Shown here: positions 45,531 to 57,879 of the stretch, one piece after another
Position numbering within the stretch: the first letter of the stretch is position 1
How the letters are laid out: each line of letters begins with the position of its first letter
Assembly: GCA_002269645.1 (NCBI GenBank)
Contig: NIVC01003767.1
Location: 1-64,000, forward strand
Origin: Macrostomum lignano
Taxonomy: Eukaryota
Reading direction: 5' to 3'
DNA: 64,000 nucleotides
Translations under genes and position numbers: made by a program
Notes under the pieces: generated by a model
What the model saw: the letters and a program-made list of their open reading frames with translations, nothing else
The model's database searches: none
What the model was told of the DNA's origin: nothing

Positions 45531-46174
45531 AGCTCGTAACGCCTTGTCCATTTAATACTTGTTTATTAAAAATAAGTTTTGAACATATTCAAGCGTTATA
45601 TTATTTACACAGCAACCGCTCATTGACTTCATATTATACTCCAACGCCTCACAATATTTTAAAGAAGTTCCACACTTCGTTAAAAGCAAATTAAAATATA
45701 GGCCACTGCGTGCATTTTGTAAATAAAGCGATTTTTTAAAACTACTGGTAAACTTGTACAGTCAGAGTTACCTGCTTCTATTCATTGTTCTCTAGGCTCA
45801 ACTACGAAGATTCTAAACGATACACACTCGCCAAAGGGTATAGTCCAGTATAAAATGATAATTAAAAATGACCCTAAGTCTTTAATACCAGTTTCTCTCG
45901 TCTCCATAGGACAGGACAGGCTCGGCTACTTAGGTGCAGTACGTGAGAGCGAAAGAGAGAGAGAGACGAGAGAGACGGTTAACAATTCGCTGTACAATCT
46001 AAAGCTCGTTGCTAAGGCGCCCTGGCACAGAGTCAGCGGTTAAATTGAATAGATGAGTGTGAGAGCCGCGCAGACGTAGTAATATAGGAGCGTAGCTATC
46101 CCAGTAGCAAGCCTTCGCAATACAATCTGCCCGATTTTTTACATTTTTATTGAGTTTTTGGGTTAACAAACGTC

Positions 46175-48293
46175 ATGACTGAGCAGTCGGACGAGCTGGA
46201 GAAGCAGAAGCAGGAAGAGGATGAGCAGAATCATCAGTCTCGGCTGCTGGCCCACTGCGAACTCGGGCAATACGACGAGATTGCGGGATTGCTGCGCAAG
46301 AGAAGAGGTCTGTTTCTGAACTGCGTCGATTCCGATGGGAACACGCCGTTGCACGTTGTGCGCGATTTGAAGTGAGTTTGGGTAGCATCATAAAGCTTTG
46401 GGCTCGGGAAGCTTATGAGCTTACGGGTTTTGAAGCTTAGGAGCTTAGGGCTCATGAAGTTTAGTGTCATAAACCATAGGGCTCAGGAAGTTGAAGGGTT
46501 CATGAAGTTTAGTGTCATAAAGCTTAGGGCTCAGGAAGTTGAAGGGTTCATGAAGTTTAGTGTCATAAAGCTTAGGACTCGGGAAGTTTAGCGTTCATGA
46601 AGTTTAGTGTCATAAAGCTTAGGGCTCGGGAAGTTTAGTGTTCATGAAGTTTAGTGTCATAAAGCTTAGTAGGGCTCGGGAAGTTTAAGGGTTCATGAAG
46701 TTTAGCATCATAAAGCTTAGGGCTCATGAATTCATAAAGTTGAGGATTTGTGAACTTAATTTGTTCAAACTTAAATCGTTGCGACCCCCCCCCCCGCGCC
46801 GCGATTTCAGATGCGCCGAGCTGCTGCTGGAATTCGGCGCCGGTCAATCGACGCTGAACCGGCAGAACCGCGACGGCGAGACGCCTCTGCTGCTAAACCT
46901 TCGACATGGCAACGTCCAACTGGCCGGCTTCTACCTTGACAACGGCGCCGACGTCAGGCCACCAAACAAGCACTTCCAGCACTGCCTGCACGTGGCAGCC
47001 CACAGCGGATTGTCCAGTTTGCTGGACCGCCTGCTGGACATGCGGCAGCTCGACCCGAATCAGCCAGATCGGCGGGGCAACTCGACGCTGCACTACGCAG
47101 TGGCATTCGCCGACAAGGATGTCGCTGCTGAGATGCTGGGCAGGCTGCTGAAAGAGACTCAGGTTAGCTGGGACTTTTGCTACTGCCCTCTACAGCAAAA
47201 ATGCATTTGGCACAGTTTTGATCCTGGGAGGCAGGGTGGTTCAGCGTTCTACGCATCAATTGACCCGGATGGATTGGGGGTGTTTTCACAAACATTAGGG
47301 CCAACCCCGAGGCACAGAGAGTGTACATGCCTGACGATTAGAAAGTCAGGGCCGGTGTACACCCTGTGTGTTCGTGTGCATGAGTGCGTGCCCTGCGTAC
47401 AGAATTGGCGCGCTTGTATGTGCTCAGCAGTCAGCGGAATGGGCAGAATTGCCGTCAGCGCTGCATGTCGGACGATTTCGCCGACGATGGGCACCCTGGT
47501 TTCGCCCGAAAGCCACAGGCCTCCTGCGAGTATTTGTTTTTTGTTATACTCTTATTAATAATAACCGGCAGCTCAGCCGCAGCTACTCATGGATGAAGGA
47601 ATCCATGCAGCTACTGCGCGGCGCATCTGAAGGCTGCGTACGGCTGTTCAGTCCAAGGACTTGGGGGGGGGGGGGGGTCGCTACATAGACCCTCAATTGC
47701 CCCAGCTAATGCTGGCACCCATTTTACTGCTAGGTGAACTGAAACATTGCAGAGTTAAGTGTCTGGCGAACCGCCGACCTTTCCAGTTGTGAGTCAGACG
47801 TTCTAATCACTTGGCTACTACCCCTGTTTTCTTATAACCCAACTCTAGCCTTCCCCTAGAGCCATGGCATGGCAGCCTCCCCATTGATGTAGAGAAAAAA
47901 CTCTTGGCAACTCAGCAACTCAGAATTGATATTCCGCAGGTGTCCACAGACACTGAGGACTCGCTCGGCCGGACCGCCTTCACTCTGGCCGCTCAGTCGG
48001 ACAACTTGGCCGCCTGCCGGCTGCTCCGCGACCGAGGCTGCGACCTCTGCACGCCGACTTCAACGGGGCCGACGCTTTGCACGTCGCCTCGGCCACAGCC
48101 AGCCAGGAGATGGTCCGCTACCTGGTTGCCGATCTCGCCTTCTCCGTTGATCGCTGCGACAAATTGGGCCGTTCGCCACTGTTCTACGCTGTGCACCACT
48201 CTCGGAAGACAACGCCAGCAGCTGTTGACGCTCGTGCCGAAGCAAACAGGCCCGACCGGTGCGGCCGACGCCATTCACGTGGCCGCTGAGAAG
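46175..48293 (+). CDS. Ankyrin-repeat protein, 5' exons (46175-46371, 46811-47162, 47940-48293), 3' end missing
   Basis: GNTPLH, GETPLL, HCLHVAA, GNSTLHYA, GRTAFTLAA, DALHVAS, GRSPLFYA ankyrin motifs; GT-AG introns with consistent phases (2,0); two single-base frameshifts in exon 3 near the gap. Confidence 0.85.
46453..46735 (+). repeat. 47-48-bp intronic minisatellite, six copies
   Basis: CATGAAGTTTAGTGTCATAAAGCTTAGGGCTC(A/G)GGAAGTT units. Confidence 0.92.
47690..47824 (-). mobile_element. tRNA-derived SINE-like element in intron 2
   Basis: Minus strand GGGGTAGTAGCCAAGTGATTAGAACG...GGCGGTTCG (A-box and degenerate B-box), then CCTAGCAGTAAAATGGGTGCC resembling invertebrate SINE central domains. 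Confidence 0.45.
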
Positions 48294-48389
48294 GTGAGAG
48301 GAGTGCCAGTTGTATCTTGAATAAAATCGTCGCTGAAGTTTCTATAAAAATTGCTTCCATCTGGTACAATACATATGTGTCTCCTGCAA

Positions 48390-48652
48390 NNNNNNNNNNN
48401 NNNNNNNNNNNNNNNNNNNNNNNNNNNNNNNNNNNNNNNNNNNNNNNNNNNNNNNNNNNNNNNNNNNNNNNNNNNNNNNNNNNNNNNNNNNNNNNNNNNN
48501 NNNNNNNNNNNNNNNNNNNNNNNNNNNNNNNNNNNNNNNNNNNNNNNNNNNNNNNNNNNNNNNNNNNNNNNNNNNNNNNNNNNNNNNNNNNNNNNNNNNN
48601 NNNNNNNNNNNNNNNNNNNNNNNNNNNNNNNNNNNNNNNNNNNNNNNNNNNN
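48390..48652. other. Assembly gap (263 N)
   Basis: Run of N. Confidence 1.
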
Positions 48653-50513
48653 GCAGCCTCGCGTCGCGGAGCAGCCGGCAGGCGGCCAAGTTGTCCGACT
48701 GAGCGGCCAGAGTGAAGGCGTCCGGCCGAGCGAGTCCTCAGTGTCTGTGGACACCTGCGGAATATCAATCTGAGTTGCTGAGTTGCCAAGAGTTTTTTTC
48801 TCTACATCAATGGGGAGGCTGCCATGCCATGGCTCTAGGGAAGGCTAGAGTTGGGTTATAAGAAAACAGGGTAGTAGCCAAGTGATTAGAACGTCTGACT
48901 CACAACTGGAAAGGTCGGCGGTTCGCCAGACACTTAACTCTGCAATGTTTCAGTTCACCTAGCAGTAAAATGGGTGCCAGCATTAGCTGGGCAATTGAGG
49001 TCTATGTAGCGACCCCCCCCCCCCAAGTCCTTGGACTGAACAGCCGTACGCAGCCTTCAGATGCGCCGCGCAGTAGCTGCATGGATTCCTTCATCCATGA
49101 GTAGCTGCGGCTGAGCTGCCGGTTATTATTAATAAGAGTATAACAAAAAACAAATACTCGCAGGAGGCCTGTGGCTTTCGGCGAAACCAGGGTGCCCATC
49201 GTCGGCGAAAATCGTCCGACATGCAGCGCTGACGGCAATTCTGCCCATTCCGCTGACTGCTGAGCACATACAACAGCGCGCCAATTCTGTACGCAGGGCA
49301 CGCACTCATGCACACGAACACACAGGGTGTACACCGGCCCTGACTTTCTAATCGTCAGGCATGTACACTCTCTGTGCCTCGGGGGTTGGCCCTAATGTTT
49401 GTGAAAACACCCCCAATCCATCCGGGTCAATTGATGCGTAGAACGCTGAACCACCCTGCCTCCCAGGATCAAAACTGTGCCAAATGCATTTTTGCTGTAG
49501 AGGGCAGTAGCAAAAGTCCCAGCTAACCTGAGTCTCTTTCAGCAGCCTGCCCAGCATCTCAGCAGCGACATCCTTGTCGGCGAATGCCACTGCGTAGTGC
49601 AGCGTCGAGTTGCCCCGCCGATCTGGCTGATTCGGGTCGAGCTGCCGCATGTCCAGCAGGCGGTCCAGCAAACTGGACAATCCGCTGTGGGCTGCCACGT
49701 GCAGGCAGTGCTGGAAGTGCTTGTTTGGCGGCCTGACGTCGGCGCCGTTGTCAAGGTAGAAGCCGGCCAGTTGGACGTTGCCATGTCGAAGGTTTAGCAG
49801 CAGAGGCGTCTCGCCGTCGCGGTTCTGCCGGTTCAGCGTCGATTGACCGGCGCCGAATTCCAGCAGCAGCTCGGCGCATCTGAAATCGCGGCGCGGGGGG
49901 GGGTCGCAACGATTTAAGTTTGAACAAATTAAGTTCACAAATCCTCAACTTTATGAATTCATGAGCCCTAAGCTTTATGATGCTAAACTTCATGAACCCT
50001 TAAACTTCCCGAGCCCTACTAAGCTTTATGACACTAAACTTCATGAACACTAAACTTCCCGAGCCCTAAGCTTTATGACACTAAACTTCATGAACGCTAA
50101 ACTTCCCGAGTCCTAAGCTTTATGACACTAAACTTCATGAACCCTTCAACTTCCTGAGCCCTAAGCTTTATGACACTAAACTTCATGAACCCTTCAACTT
50201 CCTGAGCCCTATGGTTTATGACACTAAACTTCATGAACCCTAAGCTCCTAAGCTTCAAAACCCGTAAGCTCATAAGCTTCCCGAGCCCAAAGCTTTATGA
50301 TGCTACCCAAACTCACTTCAAATCGCGCACAACGTGCAACGGCGTGTTCCCATCGGAATCGACGCAGTTCAGAAACAGACCTCTTCTCTTGCGCAGCAAT
50401 CCCGCAATCTCGTCGTATTGCCCGAGTTCGCAGTGGGCCAGCAGCCGAGACTGATGATTCTGCTCATCCTCTTCCTGCTTCTGCTTCTCCAGCTCGTCCG
50501 ACTGCTCAGTCAT
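48653..50513 (-). CDS. Mirror copy of ankyrin gene 5' exons (50317-50513, 49528-49879, 48653-48754 truncated)
   Basis: Reverse complement of 46175-48041. Confidence 0.8.
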
Positions 50514-51157
50514 GACGTTTGTTAACCCAAAAACTCAATAAAAATGTAAAAAATCGGGCAGATTGTATTGCGAAGGCTTGCTACTGGGATAGCTACGCTC
50601 CTATATTACTACGTCTGCGCGGCTCTCACACTCATCTATTCAATTTAACCGCTGACTCTGTGCCAGGGCGCCTTAGCAACGAGCTTTAGATTGTACAGCG
50701 AATTGTTAACCGTCTCTCTCGTCTCTCTCTCTCTTTCGCTCTCACGTACTGCACCTAAGTAGCCGAGCCTGTCCTGTCCTATGGAGACGAGAGAAACTGG
50801 TATTAAAGACTTAGGGTCATTTTTAATTATCATTTTATACTGGACTATACCCTTTGGCGAGTGTGTATCGTTTAGAATCTTCGTAGTTGAGCCTAGAGAA
50901 CAATGAATAGAAGCAGGTAACTCTGACTGTACAAGTTTACCAGTAGTTTTAAAAAATCGCTTTATTTACAAAATGCACGCAGTGGCCTATATTTTAATTT
51001 GCTTTTAACGAAGTGTGGAACTTCTTTAAAATATTGTGAGGCGTTGGAGTATAATATGAAGTCAATGAGCGGTTGCTGTGTAAATAATATAACGCTTGAA
51101 TATGTTCAAAACTTATTTTTAATAAACAAGTATTAAATGGACAAGGCGTTACGAGCT

Positions 51158-52165
51158 ACTGACATGTCCGTAGCCGCCTTCCAGCCGCACCGAAATTTTA
51201 AATGAGTGCCCCAGGTGTAATTTTTATAAAAATGATTCACATATGCTCTTAATTGATTGCCCCAAAACATGTTTCGCATGGTCGATGCTGTTTCTATGAA
51301 AATCTGGCAGTGAAAGTTCAAGTTGGCTTTAGGGCGGGTGAAGGGCGGCTGGAAGGGGGCTAGAGAATTGCTCTGTATTGGCGCAGTATAATTGTGCCCC
51401 AAATGGAAAAAAAGTAGATAGAATATATTGAGTGATTTGATTACAATCTTAAAGTGACAATTGTCATGCCAGTTTTTAATATTTCTAAAGGACACATACA
51501 ATTACATATCCATCAACATGGGCATTGTCACATTGATAGTAATTTTTGAATTGGTCCATTAGTCTATTAGTAGACAAGCTTTGCAACAAGTTAGAATTTA
51601 ATTTTTTACGATTGCAAAGTCGTAATCTCGACTGTAAGTCGTAATGACTGGTGTCTGAGTGACAATCAAGTTATTTCACTTCGCCACTCAGTTGGAAATT
51701 GTGGGGCATGTACAGAAATTTACATATACAGTAAAATTTTGACCCTGCTTCTTTTTACCGCATTGGGGCATTAGCCGCTAGTCAAGAAAATGGTTGGGGC
51801 ACGCTTTTACCTATTGGAATGCTGAATTTCAAACTAAAGGTCACACTTCTCTAATAAATAAAAGCCAATGAAACAAAGTTTATTGTGCATATTAAAGTTA
51901 AGACTTGCATCTAATTTTTTTTCCATTTGGGGCACAATTATACTGCGCCAATACAGAGCAATTCTCTAGCCCCCTTTCAGCCGCCCTTCAGCCGCCCTAA
52001 AGCCAACTTTCACTGCCAGATTTTCATAGAAACAGCATCGACCATGCGAAACATGTTTTGGGGCAATCAATTAAGAGCATATGTGAATCATTTTTATAAA
52101 AATTACACCTGGGGCACTCATTTAAAATTTCGGTGCGGCTGGAAGGCGGCTACGGACATGTCAGT
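51158..52165. mobile_element. Mirror copy of the Mutator-like MITE
   Basis: ACTGACATGTCC...GGACATGTCAGT termini. Confidence 0.8.
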
Positions 52166-52989
52166 TTACGAGTTATGGTTAGAGATACTGACACCAGGGT
52201 ATAAGGGGATCAGACCTCACCCTCCCAGGGGCACCCGCCCTAGATGGAGAATTGGTAGCTTTGGTTGTGGTCCGATAGCAAGGTCCCACTGTCATGTTCT
52301 AATCCCAACTATGATCAAGAGGTTTTAAAGGTAGCGACTGCTTAGAGTAGTTTTGCATTATTACACCTTAAAAAATTCTTAAGATATGCTAACAGGTTCT
52401 GTTTTGCATCCCTGCAGCCCTAGCCTTCTACTCACTAGCCTGCATGATTAAAAGATTAATAAATCAAAGCAGGACAACTGGGCTATGATTTCCACCTGAC
52501 AAGTATCTCAGCTGCAGATACTACTACACGAGAATGACTGATTTAATTATTGCCAAGTGGGACGGTATCCCGATGGTTGATCCCGGGATTTTCGAATCCC
52601 GGACAATTGTGATCCCGGGATTTTCGAATCCTGGACAATTGTGATCCCGGGATTGTATTCCCTAATAAATAAAGCACGTACATTATTACACCAAATTAAA
52701 ATCTCCTTACGAGCTGCTAACAGCTAACAGAACAGAATCCCAGGATTTTCGAAGTCCGGGATGTCCCCGATCCCAAAAATCCCGGATGGGCCAAACTCTG
52801 GATTTTGTATTCCCTAACTGAGATATGAGAGACTGGGATATGGGAGACTGAGATATGGGAGACTGAGATATGGGGGACTGAGATATGAGAGAGGTTTACG
52901 CTGTCAGCTCATTCCCATCTTAGTAGTTTATTTTCGTTAACTTATCGCTTTGACAACGATTTTTTAATCATATTTGACGCAGAAGTCAG

Positions 52990-53790
52990 GAACTGATTGT
53001 TGTCAATAACGAGTGTGAATTCTTGCGATATACTTATCCAAGAAAATATTTTCCAAGAAAAGATTCTACATAGTTGCTTCTTGTCTCCAGGAGTCTTGAA
53101 GGCGCGGATCCCATCGACTAGATTTGGATCGGGAGAAATTCTTCTCTCGCTGACTCTGTACCCGAGAAAGAGAACTCCTTGGCCTTTGAGGGTTGATTTT
53201 CCATAGTTGATTGATATTCTTGCATTTTTTGGGGCAGCTATGATGTCTTGGACCTTTGAGTTGATCAATGAGTCAGATTTTCCGCCGAGGAGAATGTCGT
53301 CCTGATAAACTATCTTGCCGGTGAAGTCAGTAAGGACGGATTCCATTGCCTTTTGATGCTGATTTGAGGCCTGGGAACGAGTCAATTATAGCGATAAAGG
53401 CCCAAAGGCGTGGCGATGGTGGTGTTCTCTCTGTTGTCTTCGTCCATGCAGCTCTATCTGCAAATTGCAAATATGCATCCGAGAGGTCGATTTTGGAGAA
53501 TTGTGACATTCCAGAGGTCTCCGCAAAGATTGTCTCCATCTCATTAACCTGATGAGTAACTCCTGCCTTAAAGTCAGCACAGACGCGCACCTTTCCGTTA
53601 GGCTTCAGCACACTGACAATTGGTGAGGCCTACTGACTCCCTCCGGCTGGAACAGGTTCGATTATCTGCTCAGCCTCCATTCGCCTGAGTTCCTCGTTAA
53701 TTCGGTCTCGCAGGTGAATTGGAACGCGGGCCTAACTGCGCAATAAATGAATGGTTTTGCTCTCGTCAACAAGGCGAATCTTGGCTTTGA
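52990..53790 (-). pseudogene. Mirror copy of the decayed Gypsy RT fragment
   Basis: Same motifs as 42900-43700. Confidence 0.85.
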
Positions 53791-55949
53791 AGTTTTTGAG
53801 ACATCCTAGTGAAATAGGCTTAAAATTATAATCAACTTGTCCGGAATTAATAGCTAAATTCCACCGCTGATGACACCAAATGAAATAGGTGTGAAATTAC
53901 ATAAACTTAACGGCTTGAATATTAAATTATTTGTTAGCTCCGGTTTGAGCTGCGCAAGGTCGAGAGTCGAGGCCCCCTGATTTTAGCTGGGTTTGAAACA
54001 AAGGGAGAGTTCAAATGAACAATCACAAACCAACCAACCGTTACTTCAATATTTAATTTCTAAATCAAAGCTTGAATTAAACTTTATGATTTTTCTCTGA
54101 TCATCTCTTCAATCGGCAATGAGGATCAGTCACAGAGCAAAAGAAAACCCTCAAACGTAAGAAATAAAGAATGGCATGAAGAAAATCAAATCGATATTTC
54201 AAATCAAATAGATTAGAGGAAATAAAGAAATCAGAGAGAAAGCACAGTCATTAACATCGCGATTTTCCAACCCCTCGTGTTGTTTGTTTAAATTAGGGCG
54301 ACTGACCAGCGACCACCCCAAATTAGACCTGACTGTACAGTGCGACGGAGGACCCTAGGAGCCCAGGAGACACTGGCGACCCCCCTCCCCCCCCTAATAG
54401 AACCTAATAGAACCTAATGAACACCTCCCTGTTTTTATCGATCGTGAGGCCCTCACGCAGGGCCGGGCTCGCAGGCCGCTCTCGCGGCCGCCAACCCCCC
54501 CCCCCACCCCAAAAGGCCAAAGCCCCCCCCGCACAATCGGAGAGAGAATAGGGGTGGTGGGGAGTGGGGACGAGAAGTCGGACCGCCATTATTTTGATGG
54601 TGGTCTCTCGCTTCTGTCTGTCGGACGTGGAACCTTAGCTGCCTTATCTGTAAATAGTATAGTGGTTAAGTTTTTTACTCTGTTAAGTTTGGACTGGTTA
54701 AGACTGCTATTCGGTACGTGTAACAAAGGAGCTTGTTCGCACTCTTTTACCATACATTCGATGAGCCTTCAAGTTCATTGAATCATTTTAAATTAGGTAA
54801 AAATATATTATAAAATTGATTTATATATTGGTCAAGTTTTATATTAATTAATATATTATTAATTTAACATATTATTATATAATATATATAATGTCCTCTA
54901 CTCTATTAGTTGAGACCCGTAGTTTGGATTGTGTATTACTATTAGTGTACACTAGGTCTAGTGAGGGAAAAGTATAGGACATTTATATGCTAGGACTAAA
55001 CAAGTTTTCAACTATGTTATGTATGGCCAAATCCAAAAACATGAGATAAAATGGTAAAACAAATCTGTAGGCAGACATTCAATCCAATGGAAGGTAATGT
55101 ATTTAAAAAAGCTTTTTGAAAGACAGATAAGTCTTTAAAAATAGTTTTGGATAAAAACTATTGTTTTCATGCTTTATTTTTTATCATTAAATAAATAAGT
55201 AAAAAACCACAAAAAGCATTTTAAAAGTCTGAGTTAACTGATTTGTAGTTTTTTATTTCACTTTTTTAATTAATTAACAATTAATTTTAAGACTTGTAGA
55301 CCTTAGAGTTAAAGAAGGCCAATTTTTCACTAGTTCCCCAGTGAGCGGAGCGAACGCGCGAGGCACGAAGTGCCAAGCATGAGGAACAAACAGCCAGCCA
55401 ATGCGCGAAGCACATTGGGTGGTCTAGCTTGTGACAAATATAATAATATGAGACGTGTGCATCGAAAAATTGACAAAAAAATCTCACAAAAACTGCTGTA
55501 ATTTCAAAACTACAAAGCGAATTTCACAAGTGAGGTGTCATTTTAAAGAAAAGAATCTGATCTATTTAACGAGTATAGTTTTGTATGGATTCACTGCGGA
55601 AAAAAGGGAACAGGCTTCAGTTGAAATGTTTGTCTTAAGATTATGCCTTTACAAAAGTGCTTGAGCTAAAAACTTGAGCTAAAAATGTTCGAGGCTTATA
55701 GGTGCGCCTTACTAAGATGCATAACATTATTGGGTTGTTTTTTTCAATTGTAATAAAATTCAAGTCGATTTGGCTCCTATTTATGCAAAATGGCTCCCCT
55801 AAGGCTAATACATTCGTTTTTTGGATTTCCCTAGCGCGTTTCGGATTCCCGCCCCCATAGACCAAGAATATATGTATATTGATCACGAATGACCCTCGTG
55901 ATAGATTTCCTCGCTAGATTGTACATACCATAGATAGCCAATTATAATC

Positions 55950-56236
55950 AAGAGCTGAATTGACACACTACGGCTTATGGGAGCCAAATTGCATAAGCCA
56001 TTGATTCTTATGGGAGCCATTTTGACACACTGTTGCTTATGGGAGCCAAATTGATAGATTGCGGCTTATGGGAGCCAAATTGCACGAGCCATTGATTCTT
56101 ATGGGAGCCGTTTTGACATCTGATTCTTATGAGAGCCAAATTGACATACTGATTCTTATGGGAGCCGTTTTGACATACTGATTCTTATGGGAGCCGTTTT
56201 GACATACTGATTCTTATGGGAGCCGTTTTGACACAC
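55950..56236 (-). repeat. Mirror of the satellite remnant (CTTATGGGAGCC)
   Basis: Reverse complement monomers. Confidence 0.95.
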
Positions 56237-57879
56237 TGTCACGATTATTGACGTAGTGGCTATGGCTATGACCCTTGAAAGGGCCGTTTTGACGAGAGTT
56301 GCCGTAAGTCGTAGTCCCAAAATGAATCGAAGTCAATTCTTATAAAGCGGATTGTGTAGCGGAGCACTTGGCGATAAAGGCAGGAAACTGCCATGGTTGT
56401 TTTATTTGTTGAGATCAATATTAAACTTGGTTACTAATGTCAATGCAAGCTTATAGTGTTCTGGGCACTGGCGGCTGCAACAATGGTTTTGAAAGCAATA
56501 GAATATGAAGTCGAGTGGCAGACGAATGATGCAATGGCGACGCAACGTGATGAGCAATGGCGATGAGCACGGTGAAGGCAGTGAGTAGCAGTAGGTAGGC
56601 AGATGAGTAGTGGCGAGATTGGCGTTAGCTGTGGCGGAACACAGTGAAGTAGTGTAAACAGGCTGGCCCAGACAGAGGGGCCGTGGCGAGAGATAAGGAG
56701 GCTCGAGGCAGCCAGACAAGAGAGGAAAAACAAGACGCCAAGAGGCCGAGAAGCCTAAACAGCTAAACAGGCTAGACAGCTAAAACAGGCTAGACCGCGA
56801 GGAGGCCCCCAGCCTGCCAGGCAGGGTTTAATAAAGGAACGCAGAGGGGGTAGCGCGAAGCACGAGCGGTTTCATTGGCTGGCTAAAGAACTTAAAATTA
56901 TCGATCGTGCAAGTTTTCTACGGTCGCATGAAAGGATAGCAAAACGCGCAGTGAATTAGCGACATTAGGCACAGATTCATTGGGCACTACTACAAGTAAA
57001 CGTTAAAATAAACAATTGGAAGAATTGTAGAGGAGCTGCAGTGCAACGGCCCTTTTATGGGACCACTTTAAACTGACGTCACACCCGCCTCCCTTCCGAA
57101 AAAGGATAGGGTCACGCAAAAAAGAAAACCAACACGCGGGGTGATGGCAAGGAAAACACAACGTGACTGCAGCTTATGAAATTACAGTAGAACGAATTAC
57201 AGGGAGCTTGATTTAGTATATAGGAGTATGTGATTACCGGACAAAATTACAAAATTCCAAAGGCTACAGAATATTACAGGAGCAGAATATTACAGGGCAG
57301 CAGAACGCGGTGAGCACGAGTAGTACGCATGGTGGCGTTACGAAAACATAACAAAAATATAACAATGATTACGGAAGTAGCGCATGACAGAGCGCACGGC
57401 GCGCGCGAACTCAAAAAACGACAAAAGGACGCGCAGAGTGATACGTGGATGAGGCAAAGACAGAACAAGGATGACAAGGTGGATGAGGCAACAAAACAGA
57501 GCAGAGGCACGGAACAGAGGCACAGTCCGACAACTGCGGGCAAATGACGACAAGCGTCAAGGGCGGCGGGACACGGCGCGGTGCGCCAACAGACAGGCAG
57601 GAGGCAACCGGCGCAGGAGCGCCCAAGGCGGAAGACGCGGCGCGGCGCGCCAAGGCGGAGAACGGCGCAGCGCGCCAGGCAGAGGACGGCGCCACGCGCC
57701 AGGCAGAGAACGGCGCAGCGCGCCAGGCAGAAGACGGCACCACGTGCCAAAGGCAAAGGACGGCGCAGCGCGCCAGGCAGGAACGGCGCAGGGCGCCAAG
57801 GCAGAGAACGGCGCCACGCGCCAAAGGCAGAGGATGGCGCAGCGTGCCAGAGGCAGAAGATGGCGCCACGCGCCAGATG

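Noticed and set aside
44354-45555. Paired ORFs GHNYTAPIQ...KAATDMSV on opposite strands
   Set aside because: Chance readings of the MITE TIRs.
53836-53900. Hammerhead-like motif GTC...CTGATGA-CACC..GGTG-T-GAAA (mirror ~42790-42855)
   Set aside because: Stem II only closes by consuming the conserved A9, and stem III does not pair; not supportable without a covariance model.
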